A stretch of DNA of 59,764 bases, counting the filler. It is 4 parts of 4 records of this genome, joined end to end, with 100 filler letters (N's around TTAATTAATTAA, not from the genome) between each part and the next. Parts side by side here need not be neighbours in the genome. Positions count along the whole stretch, not along the records: positions 7,754 to 38,129 come from SRR31156797_3583; 3 more parts are not named here. The stretch is one strand, 5' to 3'. Under the pieces are notes generated by a model. It searched no databases, was not told where the DNA came from, and saw only the letters and a program-made list of their open reading frames with translations. The position numbers were made by a program, and so were the translations under genes. Position 1 is the first letter of the stretch. Every line of letters begins with the position of its first letter. Below, in pieces: positions 17,528-27,498 of the stretch.

Positions 17528-19654
17528 ATGAAGAATCTAATATTACTATTTATAATTACTGTTTTTACAGGTTGTGTTGCAAAGCAAAATACGCCCGAAT
17601 TGGAAGTTAATCATAACCCATTGCTTCCTGGATATTTTGCAGATCCAACAATTAAAAAGTTTGATGATAACTATTATATTTATTCAACAACGGATGGTGT
17701 AAAGTTGGCATCAGGAGAGCCTACAGTTTGGATAAGTAAAGATTTTACCAATTGGTATAATTACGAATTAGATATTGATTTACCGGAAGGTTTAACCAAT
17801 TGTTGGGCACCAGATGTTGTAAAAGGGCAAGATGGAAAGTATTATTACTACATGGGTAACTGTCAGTTTGGTTGTAATATCTATGGATATGTATCAGATA
17901 ATCCTGTTGGCCCATGGAAACCATTAAACGAAGGAAAACCTGTTGTTCCTGTTGGTACAGGTACTGAGAACCTACCTGCTCTGGATGCACAGTTCTTATC
18001 TTGTGCAGATGGAAGTTTATATACTTACTTTGGTACCTGGTGTCATGTATTTAAAGGATTGGGCTGGGCTAAAATAGATCCTTCAGATATGCATACTATT
18101 CTGGATGAAGGCTATATTCCTAATGAACAGCTTCCAGAATTATTTGAGGCTATTTATCCTATCGAAAGAAATGGTAAGTATATATTAATGTATTCAGCAG
18201 GAGACTGTCGTTTAAGCTCATATGCAGTGCATTATGCCTATGGTGATTCACCAACAGGACCGTTTACTTATGGAGATAATAATCCTCTTTTAAAAACGAA
18301 TGAGGACGGTACTATAGATTCTCCTGGCCACCATTCTGTAATTGAAATAGAAGGAAAGACCTATATTTTATATCACCGTCATGATAATCCACATAGTTCA
18401 GGTGGAGAGTTTCGTCAGGTGTGTATGGATGAGTTAGTATTTACAAATGATACTACAATTGAAAAAATTAAAGCCAGTCACACTGGTGTACAAAAGTTTA
18501 AATCAGCATATAAAAATATAGCACTGGGAGCAACAGCAACAGCAAGTTCATCCTATCATTTAAAATCAAAAGCCAGTGCATTTACACAAAAACCTGTCGA
18601 CCATATATATGCTGCCCAGTATGTTACAGATGATGACAATGGAACTTTATGGAAAGCAGAAAGTTGTGCATTACCACAATCGGTGGAAATTGACTTAGGA
18701 GAGAAAGAATCTGTTAAAAGAATTATGACTCAATTTGAATATGCCACTTATTATTATCAATATAAAATAGAAGTTTCTGATGATAAGCAAGAATGGAGGT
18801 TATTTGCAGATAAAACACAAAATAAAACTCCTGGCAGCCCGATGATTGATGACCAAGACGAAAAATGTCGTTATATCAGATTAACGGTAACAGGAACCGA
18901 AAAAAGCGGAATGTTTGCTTCTGTATGGAATGTTAAAGTTTATAACGAAAAATGGGAAGTTCCTTCTTATAAAAACAGAGCTATTAAAGATAGTCAATAT
19001 GAAGCTTCAAGTAATCAACTTGAGGTTGCTTTAGATATTGAGGATTTACCAAAGGGTACAATAAAACAATCAATAACAAACAATGGCCAGCTGGGAGGCG
19101 AATTTATTCCTGTGGGTAATTGTAGTATTAAAGAAATTGAAGGAGCAAAAGCATTGTCCTTGGATGGAAAAAGTTATTTGGAATTATCAGAGAACGCACC
19201 TGATCGATTAAACTGGAATGCACCATTTACTGTGTCGGCTTGGGTTTATGCTAATTCAAAGTCTATTGGTCAATGCATTATATCTTGGAATTCAAGAGAC
19301 AACATGTTGCAATCATCTTATGCTGCGGTAATGTATGGTGAAGGTAATTTTGGAGCTGTAGCCCATGGTGATGGAGCAGTAGATATGTCATTTAGTAATT
19401 ATCCGGGAGAAAAAGAGTGGCATCATGTAACAGTTACTTTTGATGGAATGAAAGAAATGATTTATGTGGACGGAAAGTTAGATAATGAAATGCCTTTAAA
19501 TCTATTTGTAGAAGCTGATAAAATATTAATTGGTTCTTCTGGCTTTGAACCTGAAAATCTTAACGGTTATATCTCAAAGGTTAAACTATATAATAAAGTC
19601 CTGAATAAGGAAGAGGTTAAAGCATTGTTTATTGAGGATAGTATAAAGGAATAA
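17528..19654 (+). CDS. GH43 glycoside hydrolase lipoprotein with F5/8 (CBM32-like) and LamG domains
   Basis: Lipobox FTGC; YFADP, CWAPDV, ALDA, FEA, PGHHS; SVEIDLG…RYIRLTV; WHHVTVTFDG…IYVDG. Confidence 0.88.
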   Translation: MKNLILLFIITVFTGCVAKQNTPELEVNHNPLLPGYFADPTIKKFDDNYYIYSTTDGVKLASGEPTVWISKDFTNWYNYELDIDLPEGLTNCWAPDVVKGQDGKYYYYMGNCQFGCNIYGYVSDNPVGPWKPLNEGKPVVPVGTGTENLPALDAQFLSCADGSLYTYFGTWCHVFKGLGWAKIDPSDMHTILDEGYIPNEQLPELFEAIYPIERNGKYILMYSAGDCRLSSYAVHYAYGDSPTGPFTYGDNNPLLKTNEDGTIDSPGHHSVIEIEGKTYILYHRHDNPHSSGGEFRQVCMDELVFTNDTTIEKIKASHTGVQKFKSAYKNIALGATATASSSYHLKSKASAFTQKPVDHIYAAQYVTDDDNGTLWKAESCALPQSVEIDLGEKESVKRIMTQFEYATYYYQYKIEVSDDKQEWRLFADKTQNKTPGSPMIDDQDEKCRYIRLTVTGTEKSGMFASVWNVKVYNEKWEVPSYKNRAIKDSQYEASSNQLEVALDIEDLPKGTIKQSITNNGQLGGEFIPVGNCSIKEIEGAKALSLDGKSYLELSENAPDRLNWNAPFTVSAWVYANSKSIGQCIISWNSRDNMLQSSYAAVMYGEGNFGAVAHGDGAVDMSFSNYPGEKEWHHVTVTFDGMKEMIYVDGKLDNEMPLNLFVEADKILIGSSGFEPENLNGYISKVKLYNKVLNKEEVKALFIEDSIKE

Positions 19655-19688
19655 GCCCTTAAGGTTCTTAACCAAAGAAATGTATATA

Positions 19689-22079
19689 ATGAAAATAATA
19701 AGCTACATAGTGTTACTGGGATTAATCCTCCTGATAAGTTGTAAAAAGGAAAATACGAAAGAGCAAATGGATCAGGTGCCATTTACGCAGGTTCATTTGA
19801 ATGATTCTTTCTGGGCTCCTAAAATAGAAGTGAACAGAACGGTTTCTATACCATCAGCTTTTCAAAAATCAGAGGAAACAGGGAGAATGGACAATTTTGC
19901 TCTGGCAGGAGGTTTAATAGAAAAAGAGCATCAAGGTGATTTCCCTTTTGACGATACTGATGTTTATAAAATTTTGGAAGGAGCATCGTATGCACTGGCT
20001 GTAAAACCAGATCATGAACTGGATAACTATTTAGATAGTTTAATTTATCTAATCGGTGAAGCTCAGGAAAATGATGGCTATTTATATACCTGTATTACAA
20101 ATAAATGTGAACGACTAAAAAGGTGGTATGGAAAAGGAAGATGGGATAGACTGAATAGTCATGAATTATATAATTGTGGACATTTATATGAAGCAGCTGT
20201 CGCACACTATTTAGCCACAGGAAAAAGGAATTTATTAAATGTTGCCATTAAAAATGCGGATTTGGTTTATCAAGTATTTGGACCAAGCGAAGGCCAGAAG
20301 CATGTGCCTTCAGGACATCCGATAATTGAAATGGCTTTGGTGAAATTATTTCATGTTACGAAGGATCAAAAGTATTTAGAACTGGCCCGATACTTTATTG
20401 ATGAAACCGGAAAAGGAACAGATGGTCATGAGTTAAGTGAATATAGTCAGGATCATATGCCAATTCTTGATCAGGAAGAAGCTGTTGGGCATGCAGTTCG
20501 TTTAGGGTATTTATATTCAGGTGTAACCGATGTGGCCTCATTAATGCACGATGATGAATTAATGGCAGCCAGTAAAAGGGTGTGGGAAAATATCGTTTCT
20601 AAAAAATTATATATTACCGGAGGTATTGGTTCCAGAGGTCAGGGAGAAGGTTTTGGCCCAAATTATGAATTAAATAATATGACTTCATATTGCGAAACCT
20701 GTGCTTCTATTGCAAATATATACTGGAATTATCGTTTGTTTTTGCACGAAGGAGATTCTAAATATTATGATGTTTTAGAACGAACTTTATATAACGGTCT
20801 GATTTCTGGAGTTTCATTAAGTGGCGACCAATTCTTTTATGATAACCCATTAGAATCAGAACATAATCATGAACGAGCACCTTGGTTTGGTTGTGCATGT
20901 TGTCCTGGAAATGTAACCCGTTTTATGGCTTCCGTTCCGGGATATGTTTATACTAAATCAGATGATGGTGTCTATGTAAATTTATTTGCAGGAGGAAGTG
21001 CATCTATTCCAATGGATAATGATACATTGGAGTTAACTCAAAATACATTATATCCTTGGGATGGTAAAGTACAGATTAAAATTCAGAATACTATTGGTCA
21101 GAAATTTAAATTAAAGATACGTATTCCAGGATGGTTGAAAAACAAAGTGGTACCTTCAGATTTATATCACTTCTTAACAGTTAAGGATTCTTCTTATACA
21201 ATAACATTAAATAATAAGATAATCGAATGTGAAGAGGAAAGTGGTTATGCTGTCATCAAAAGAAAATGGCGTAGAGGAGATCAAATTGAAATCAATTTAC
21301 CAATGGAACCGCGAAGAGTGATAGCTCACAATAATGTTGTGTACGATCAGGAAAAAGTGGCATTCCAGAGAGGCCCAATTGTGTATTGTTTCGAAGATAA
21401 AGATAATGCCAATGAAAGTGTTTTCGATAAGTTTGTTCCGACAGACCAGAATATTACAGCTAGCTTTGATGAAGAGCTTTTAGGCGGAGTGGTAACCTTA
21501 AGTATGACCGGTTATAAAAAAACAAAAGGTAATAAAGTTGGTGATGATCCGGTTGCACTTAAGGCCATTCCATACTTCGCCTGGAATAACCGCGGTACAG
21601 CTTCCATGAAAGTATGGACCCCAATGAATATGGAGGCTACCACGGTTAAATCTTCTCAACTTTATACAACTGCTACTGCATCTTCATCAACAGACTGGAC
21701 ACCGGGATTAAATGATGGCTTTGATCCAGTGAACTCAGGAGATCTGGACAAGTCATATTTTTATTGGTGGCTCAAGGATGGTTCCGAAGAGTGGGTTGCT
21801 TATACTTTTGATAAGCCTGTTACGCTTTCCTCTTCTTCTGTGTATTGGTTAAATCTCGATCATTATGATGTAAATTATCGTGTGCCGGAATCATATAAAA
21901 TCAGCTATAAAGATAAAAAAGGCGATTGGGTTGAGGTTAAAAATCACTCGGATTACAGTACCGATTTAAATCAATACAATAAAGTGACGTTTGAACCTGT
22001 ACGGACAAAAGAAATACGATTATCAGCTAAGATTCAAAAAGGTTTCTCGGCTGGAATTCTTGAGTGGATAGTAAATTAA
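19689..22079 (+). CDS. GH127 beta-L-arabinofuranosidase (HypBA1-like) with C-terminal F5/8-like domain
   Basis: Lipobox LISC; FDDTDVYK, HELYNCGH, GHAVR, YITGGIG, YCETCAS, CACCPGN (Cys/Zn active site). Confidence 0.9.
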   Translation: MKIISYIVLLGLILLISCKKENTKEQMDQVPFTQVHLNDSFWAPKIEVNRTVSIPSAFQKSEETGRMDNFALAGGLIEKEHQGDFPFDDTDVYKILEGASYALAVKPDHELDNYLDSLIYLIGEAQENDGYLYTCITNKCERLKRWYGKGRWDRLNSHELYNCGHLYEAAVAHYLATGKRNLLNVAIKNADLVYQVFGPSEGQKHVPSGHPIIEMALVKLFHVTKDQKYLELARYFIDETGKGTDGHELSEYSQDHMPILDQEEAVGHAVRLGYLYSGVTDVASLMHDDELMAASKRVWENIVSKKLYITGGIGSRGQGEGFGPNYELNNMTSYCETCASIANIYWNYRLFLHEGDSKYYDVLERTLYNGLISGVSLSGDQFFYDNPLESEHNHERAPWFGCACCPGNVTRFMASVPGYVYTKSDDGVYVNLFAGGSASIPMDNDTLELTQNTLYPWDGKVQIKIQNTIGQKFKLKIRIPGWLKNKVVPSDLYHFLTVKDSSYTITLNNKIIECEEESGYAVIKRKWRRGDQIEINLPMEPRRVIAHNNVVYDQEKVAFQRGPIVYCFEDKDNANESVFDKFVPTDQNITASFDEELLGGVVTLSMTGYKKTKGNKVGDDPVALKAIPYFAWNNRGTASMKVWTPMNMEATTVKSSQLYTTATASSSTDWTPGLNDGFDPVNSGDLDKSYFYWWLKDGSEEWVAYTFDKPVTLSSSSVYWLNLDHYDVNYRVPESYKISYKDKKGDWVEVKNHSDYSTDLNQYNKVTFEPVRTKEIRLSAKIQKGFSAGILEWIVN

Positions 22080-22180
22080 TACAATTTAGCTAATGTGCTT
22101 AACCTGATCGCTATAGAAGGTTAACTAGAGGTTTAATTTAGGGTTTTAAAACTTATTCAAAAATAATTAAACAGACTTGA

Positions 22181-23998
22181 ATGAAACAGTCTCATTTGGT
22201 ATGCTTATTCTTTTTTGTTGTTACAGCAATTGGAACAAATGTTCTTTCAGCTTCTTCTGTAAAAAGAGAAAGGGCAAATTATCGTTTTACTGTCTCTATG
22301 GACAATCCTGACAGACATTATTTTCAGGTTGAAATGATGTGTAAGGATCTAAATTCAGAATACATTGATTTAAAGATGTCTTCCTGGACTCCGGGATATT
22401 ATAAAATTCAGGATTTATGTAAGAATGTCGTTGATTTTAAGGCGTATAATCAGAGCAAAGAACCTTTAAATTATACTAAGGTCAGTAAGAATACCTGGCG
22501 GGTTTTTTGTAATGGGGAAGCTAGCATAGTAGTAAGCTATCAGGTTTATGCCAATGATATTTCTGTAGTTGGATCTTCATTAAATGCCTCACGTGCATTT
22601 ATTTCTCCAACAGGAGTTTTTCTTTACCCGGCTGGTAAACTGGAAGTGCCTGCAGAAGTAAAGTTCAATGTACCCGATTTTTGGTCTCAGGTTTCAACCG
22701 GATTAGATATAAAGGATAAGAAGGAGTTTATCTATTACGCTGATAATTTTGATGTACTTTTAGATTGCCCGGTATTAATAGGAAATCAGGAGGTTATTCT
22801 ACTTGAGGTAAAAGGTATTCCTCATTATGTTGCGGTAAGCGAAAACGACCCACGAGATAAATCCAAATTTATAAATGATCTGAGTCAAATCATTAAATAT
22901 ACAACAGATTTGATGGGAGATATACCTTACAAGCATTACACCTTTATAACTTTGGATAGTTCAAGAGGAGGACTGGAACATGCTAATTCTTGTGTATTAA
23001 GTTGTCCAACTTCGGTGGCAGATTATGCCGATGAGCAGGGTTATAAAGAGTGGTTAAATTTTGTAACACATGAATACTTTCATCTTTATAATGTAAAAAG
23101 CATTCGTCCAATTGTTTTGGGGCCATTTAATTATGATGAAGAATGTTTTACGAATATGCTTTGGGTTTCTGAAGGTTTTACGGTTTACTATGAATACTTA
23201 ATCATGAATAGAGCTGGTTTGTTAAGTAAAGAAGAGGCAATGGAGTTCATGTCGCATGATATAGCCACTTATGAGAATAAACCAGGAAGTTTGTTAGAAT
23301 CAGTTACCTCTTCGAGTTATGATGCCTGGATTCATTTTTTTGCTCCTAGCGAAGATGCACATAATAATACCATTTCTTATTATACAAAAGGTTGTGGTTT
23401 AGGTGTATTACTCGATTTAAGTATTCGTCATAAAACAAAAAATAAGTCTAGTCTTGATGATGTAATGCGAAAGCTTTATCAACAGTATTTTCAGACATTG
23501 CAACGAGGTTTTACTGATGAAGAGTTTCAGCAAGTATGCGAAGATATTGCAGGAGAAAGCTTACAGCCAATTTTCGACTACGCAAGCACAACACAGCTTG
23601 TTGACTATAAAAAGTATCTTAATTATGCAGGAGTAGATATCGATACTTCAACTCAGGTAATAAGTTCCAAAGCCTATTTGGGTACCGGAATTATTGAAAA
23701 TAACGGACATTATTATTTGCATAAGGTAGAGCGTAATTCACCGGTTTGGGAAGCTGGTTTAGGTAATGGAATGGAGATCCTATCTATTGATGGGGATGTT
23801 ATTTCAAAAGATCGTTTTGAAAATGTAATACAAAATAAGAAAGTGGGAGAGGAGATAAATATTACGGTAATTTCAGGAGGAAACTGCAAGGAATTTTGTC
23901 TAAAACTAAAAGCAACAAGTCGTAAAAATTTCCAAATGAAAATTAACGATGATTTAACAAACTTGCAACAGCGCATCTTTAATAGTTGGCTAAAGTAA
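22181..23998 (+). CDS. M61 glycyl aminopeptidase-like metallopeptidase with PDZ domain
   Basis: WTPGYY, GGLEHANS, HEYFHLYN, WVSEGFTVYY, ISYYTKG; C-terminal PDZ-like SPVWEAGL. Confidence 0.92.
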   Translation: MKQSHLVCLFFFVVTAIGTNVLSASSVKRERANYRFTVSMDNPDRHYFQVEMMCKDLNSEYIDLKMSSWTPGYYKIQDLCKNVVDFKAYNQSKEPLNYTKVSKNTWRVFCNGEASIVVSYQVYANDISVVGSSLNASRAFISPTGVFLYPAGKLEVPAEVKFNVPDFWSQVSTGLDIKDKKEFIYYADNFDVLLDCPVLIGNQEVILLEVKGIPHYVAVSENDPRDKSKFINDLSQIIKYTTDLMGDIPYKHYTFITLDSSRGGLEHANSCVLSCPTSVADYADEQGYKEWLNFVTHEYFHLYNVKSIRPIVLGPFNYDEECFTNMLWVSEGFTVYYEYLIMNRAGLLSKEEAMEFMSHDIATYENKPGSLLESVTSSSYDAWIHFFAPSEDAHNNTISYYTKGCGLGVLLDLSIRHKTKNKSSLDDVMRKLYQQYFQTLQRGFTDEEFQQVCEDIAGESLQPIFDYASTTQLVDYKKYLNYAGVDIDTSTQVISSKAYLGTGIIENNGHYYLHKVERNSPVWEAGLGNGMEILSIDGDVISKDRFENVIQNKKVGEEINITVISGGNCKEFCLKLKATSRKNFQMKINDDLTNLQQRIFNSWLK

Positions 23999-24274
23999 AA
24001 GCCTTGATTTATAACTAATAATTTATACTAGAGGCGATAATGTTTTTTTTGATATTAATTGGAGAAAGCAGATAGGGTTACTTTTAAATTATAATAATGA
24101 TTTTTTAAAAGTGTTTTTTAAAAATGTTTTAAAGTATTTGTGTTTTTCTAACGAAAATTAGGGGGTTGTAAAAGAAATATGTAAAAACGCATTGGAATAA
24201 GTCGAAAAATAGATTCTCATTCGTGAAAACTAAGAATTATTAGACTTTCCGTGCAAGTAAAAAAAAATGAATAC

Positions 24275-26506
24275 ATGAATAGATTTTTGTTAGTGTTGTC
24301 TTTATTTGTTTTGGTTTCAGTACATGCCTTTTCTCAGGTAACAGAAGAGGATTATGCAAGAGCTGATTCTGTTGCGAAGTTTGGTGATTATGTTTATAAT
24401 CAAGTAAATGAAGTAAAGTGGATAGAGAATACGGAGTTATGCTGGTATAAAGTAAAAACCAGAAAAGGGACGGAGTATAAGCTCATTAATCCGCTTAAGC
24501 AAAAGGTAACGCCCTTGTTTAATCACGAAAAGTTGAGCGCAGGTTTGTCAAAAGTACTAGGAAAAGAGCTAGAGATATATGAACCTAATTTGTGGAGATT
24601 GCATGTAAGCAGCGATTTAAAAGAGATATCATTTGAGTATGATCGTAAGAAGATTAGTTGTTCATTAAAAAACTATAGCTGCAAAATTACAGGCGCAGCT
24701 GAGAAAAGAGATAATAAACATTGGGGATGGACTGATGGAGAATACGATTCCGATCCTGTTTTTTCACCAGATTCTGCTTATGTGGCCTATATCAAAAATC
24801 ATAATGTTTATGTAAAGGAACAGAAATCAGGTAAAGAAAGCCAGTTGAGTTATGATGGTTCTATGGGCGAAATATATTCGGGACATTTATCCTGGTCGCC
24901 AGATTCAAAAAAACTGGCAGGTTTAAAAGTGCGTTTAAACGAAAAACGTTTTCTGCATATTATTGAATCTTCACCAAAGGATCAGTTAGAGCCTAAGATG
25001 ATTAAGCGTGAGTATTTAAAACCAGGTGATGCAATGCCTATCCACAAACCTTGTTTATTTGATATCTCTGAAATGAAACAAATAGAGGTGGATAGCCAGC
25101 CTTTTGAGCATCAGTTTTGGTTAGGAAGAATCATGTGGCGATCAGATAGCAAAGCCTATACTTTTGAATTTAACCAAAGAGGGCATCAGGTTTATCAGGT
25201 AGTAAAAGTAAATGCCGACAATGGTGAATGTGAGGCAATTATTAATGAGCAATCAGATACATTTATCGATTATAGCGGTAAGTATTTTAGATACGATATT
25301 AAAGATGGAGAGCAAATTATCTGGGCTTCTGAAAGAGACGGCTGGAACCATCTTTATTTAATTGATGGAAATTCAGGTAAAGTTATCCAACAAATTACCA
25401 AGGGTGACTGGGTAATTAGAGGTATAGAGAAAGTTGATGAGGAAAAAGAAACCATCATTTTTAAAGCCGGAGGAAGAAATGCAGAGGAAGACCCTTACTT
25501 TATCCATTACTGTAAAGTCAACTTTGATGGTTCTGGTTTGGTGGATTTAACGCCAGAGAAAATGAATCACGATGCTGTTTTCTCAAAGGATTATATGTGG
25601 ATGGTTGATACCTATTCAAAAGTAGATGCGCCACCTGTAACTGTATTAAGAAATGCATCCAACGGAAAAGTAATCATGTCTTTAGAAAAGGCTGATGTAA
25701 GTACATTACTGGCAAAGGGTTTTAAATATCCAGAAGTCTTTGTTGCTAAAGCTCGTGATGGAAAAACAGATATTTGGGGTAATATTTATTATCCTACCAA
25801 CTTTGATAAGAACAAGAGCTATCCAATAATAGAATACATTTATGCAGGACCACATGGCGCTTTTACTTCTAAAAGTTTCAGAGCTTTTAACTGGGCATTT
25901 TCGTCATTGGCAGAATTAGGTTTTATCGTTGTACAGCTGGATGGAATGGGAACATCATATCGCTCAAAAGCTTTCCAGGATGTTTGTTATAAAAATCTGA
26001 AGGATGCTGGTTTCCCAGATCGTATCAAATGGATAAAGGAAGCTGCTGAAACACGTTCTTTTATGGATACTACCAGGGTCGGTATTTTTGGCGGATCGGC
26101 CGGAGGACAAGAATCTACAGCTGCCTTATTGTTTCAACCTCAGTTTTATAAAGCTGCAGCTTCATCTTGTGGTTGTCATGATAACCGTATGGATAAAATG
26201 TGGTGGAACGAACAGTGGATGGGATTTCCAATTGGAAAGCATTACGAGGAATGTTCGAATGTAGTAAATGCTTATCGCTTAAAAGGGGAACTTATGTTGA
26301 TTTTAGGTGAGTTAGACGATAATGTAGATCCTTCTTCAACTATGCAGTTGGTAGATGCTTTAATAAAAAATAATAAAGAATTTGAATTAGTGGTTTTACC
26401 TGGAGTGAATCATACTTTGGGTGGAAACTACGGTGAAAGAAAAAGGCGTGATTTCTTTGTGAAATGTTTTTACAAACAATTGCCTCCAACAAGAAATAAC
26501 AAATAA
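24275..26506 (+). CDS. S9B dipeptidyl peptidase IV/prolyl oligopeptidase-family serine peptidase
   Basis: Propeller repeats (FSPDS, WSPDS), SERDGWNHLY, YAGP, GGSAGG nucleophile elbow, DDNV, NH. Confidence 0.92.
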   Translation: MNRFLLVLSLFVLVSVHAFSQVTEEDYARADSVAKFGDYVYNQVNEVKWIENTELCWYKVKTRKGTEYKLINPLKQKVTPLFNHEKLSAGLSKVLGKELEIYEPNLWRLHVSSDLKEISFEYDRKKISCSLKNYSCKITGAAEKRDNKHWGWTDGEYDSDPVFSPDSAYVAYIKNHNVYVKEQKSGKESQLSYDGSMGEIYSGHLSWSPDSKKLAGLKVRLNEKRFLHIIESSPKDQLEPKMIKREYLKPGDAMPIHKPCLFDISEMKQIEVDSQPFEHQFWLGRIMWRSDSKAYTFEFNQRGHQVYQVVKVNADNGECEAIINEQSDTFIDYSGKYFRYDIKDGEQIIWASERDGWNHLYLIDGNSGKVIQQITKGDWVIRGIEKVDEEKETIIFKAGGRNAEEDPYFIHYCKVNFDGSGLVDLTPEKMNHDAVFSKDYMWMVDTYSKVDAPPVTVLRNASNGKVIMSLEKADVSTLLAKGFKYPEVFVAKARDGKTDIWGNIYYPTNFDKNKSYPIIEYIYAGPHGAFTSKSFRAFNWAFSSLAELGFIVVQLDGMGTSYRSKAFQDVCYKNLKDAGFPDRIKWIKEAAETRSFMDTTRVGIFGGSAGGQESTAALLFQPQFYKAAASSCGCHDNRMDKMWWNEQWMGFPIGKHYEECSNVVNAYRLKGELMLILGELDDNVDPSSTMQLVDALIKNNKEFELVVLPGVNHTLGGNYGERKRRDFFVKCFYKQLPPTRNNK

Positions 26507-26517
26507 ATAATAAGCTT

Positions 26518-27348
26518 ATGAAATTTAAAAATGTCATACCTGTAGTCGTATTGGTTTTAGTAAATACACTTTCATCATTAAGTATTAAGGCGCAGTGTGG
26601 AAACGAAAGTGTACCGGAAATAACTACTCCTCCTAAAAGCTTAAAGTTAGATTCATTTTATAAAAAATATATGGACGCCAATGGAGTTCCGGTTATTAGT
26701 TCGCATCGAGTTCCGGATTCGGCTTTGGTTAAAGCTTGGGAAATCGTGTATTTTATGACTAAGGATTTGCCTGCTAAAGTGCTTAAAAATATGCAAAAAG
26801 AAGGAGCTAAAATGGGAGTGATGGCACGATACGAGGGTACAACAGATATTCCTGAGCATGCGCATCTGATAAACGATACAACCTTAAACTGGGATTTAAG
26901 AGCCAGAGGCTTAGGTGGCGATTTAGAAGGTCCGTTATCAACTTGTGCTGAGGAAAACTTATTGTGTTACCAAATTGATAAGTATCATGCTGAAGATATT
27001 GCTATTCATGAGTTTTCACATGCTGTTCACTTAATTGGTATTGCACCTATTGTAAAAGATTTTAATGATACTTTACAAAAGTTATTAGATAAAGCAGTTG
27101 CAGAGGGAAAGTATAAAGGAACCTACGCTAAAACCAATATATATGAATATTGGGCTGAAGGTGTTCAAAACTGGTTTAATGTCAATGCAGAGGTAGAAAG
27201 TCCTGATGGGAAACATAACTGGGTGAATACCAGAGAGGACATGAAAAAATATGATCCGGATCTATACGCTTTAGTTGCACAGTATTTTTCTGAATTTAAA
27301 ACATCTCCATCATGTCATGCTGCTGAAAATAAATTTACCGGAGAGTAA
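26518..27348 (+). CDS. Small secreted HExxH zinc metallopeptidase-like protein
   Basis: Signal peptide; IHEFSHAVH and EYWAEGVQNWF (HExxH…ExxAE). Confidence 0.75.
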   Translation: MKFKNVIPVVVLVLVNTLSSLSIKAQCGNESVPEITTPPKSLKLDSFYKKYMDANGVPVISSHRVPDSALVKAWEIVYFMTKDLPAKVLKNMQKEGAKMGVMARYEGTTDIPEHAHLINDTTLNWDLRARGLGGDLEGPLSTCAEENLLCYQIDKYHAEDIAIHEFSHAVHLIGIAPIVKDFNDTLQKLLDKAVAEGKYKGTYAKTNIYEYWAEGVQNWFNVNAEVESPDGKHNWVNTREDMKKYDPDLYALVAQYFSEFKTSPSCHAAENKFTGE

Positions 27349-27498
27349 AAGTAGCCGAGATGAAAATCTTAAAAAGCTAAAACTACAAAAAACCAAAAAA
27401 CTACGCATAAAGCAAACACTAAATTAGAATGATTAGAACCACATAGTTTTAATTTAGTGTTTGTTCTGTGCCTTCATAATGAAAGAAAAACAATACGT

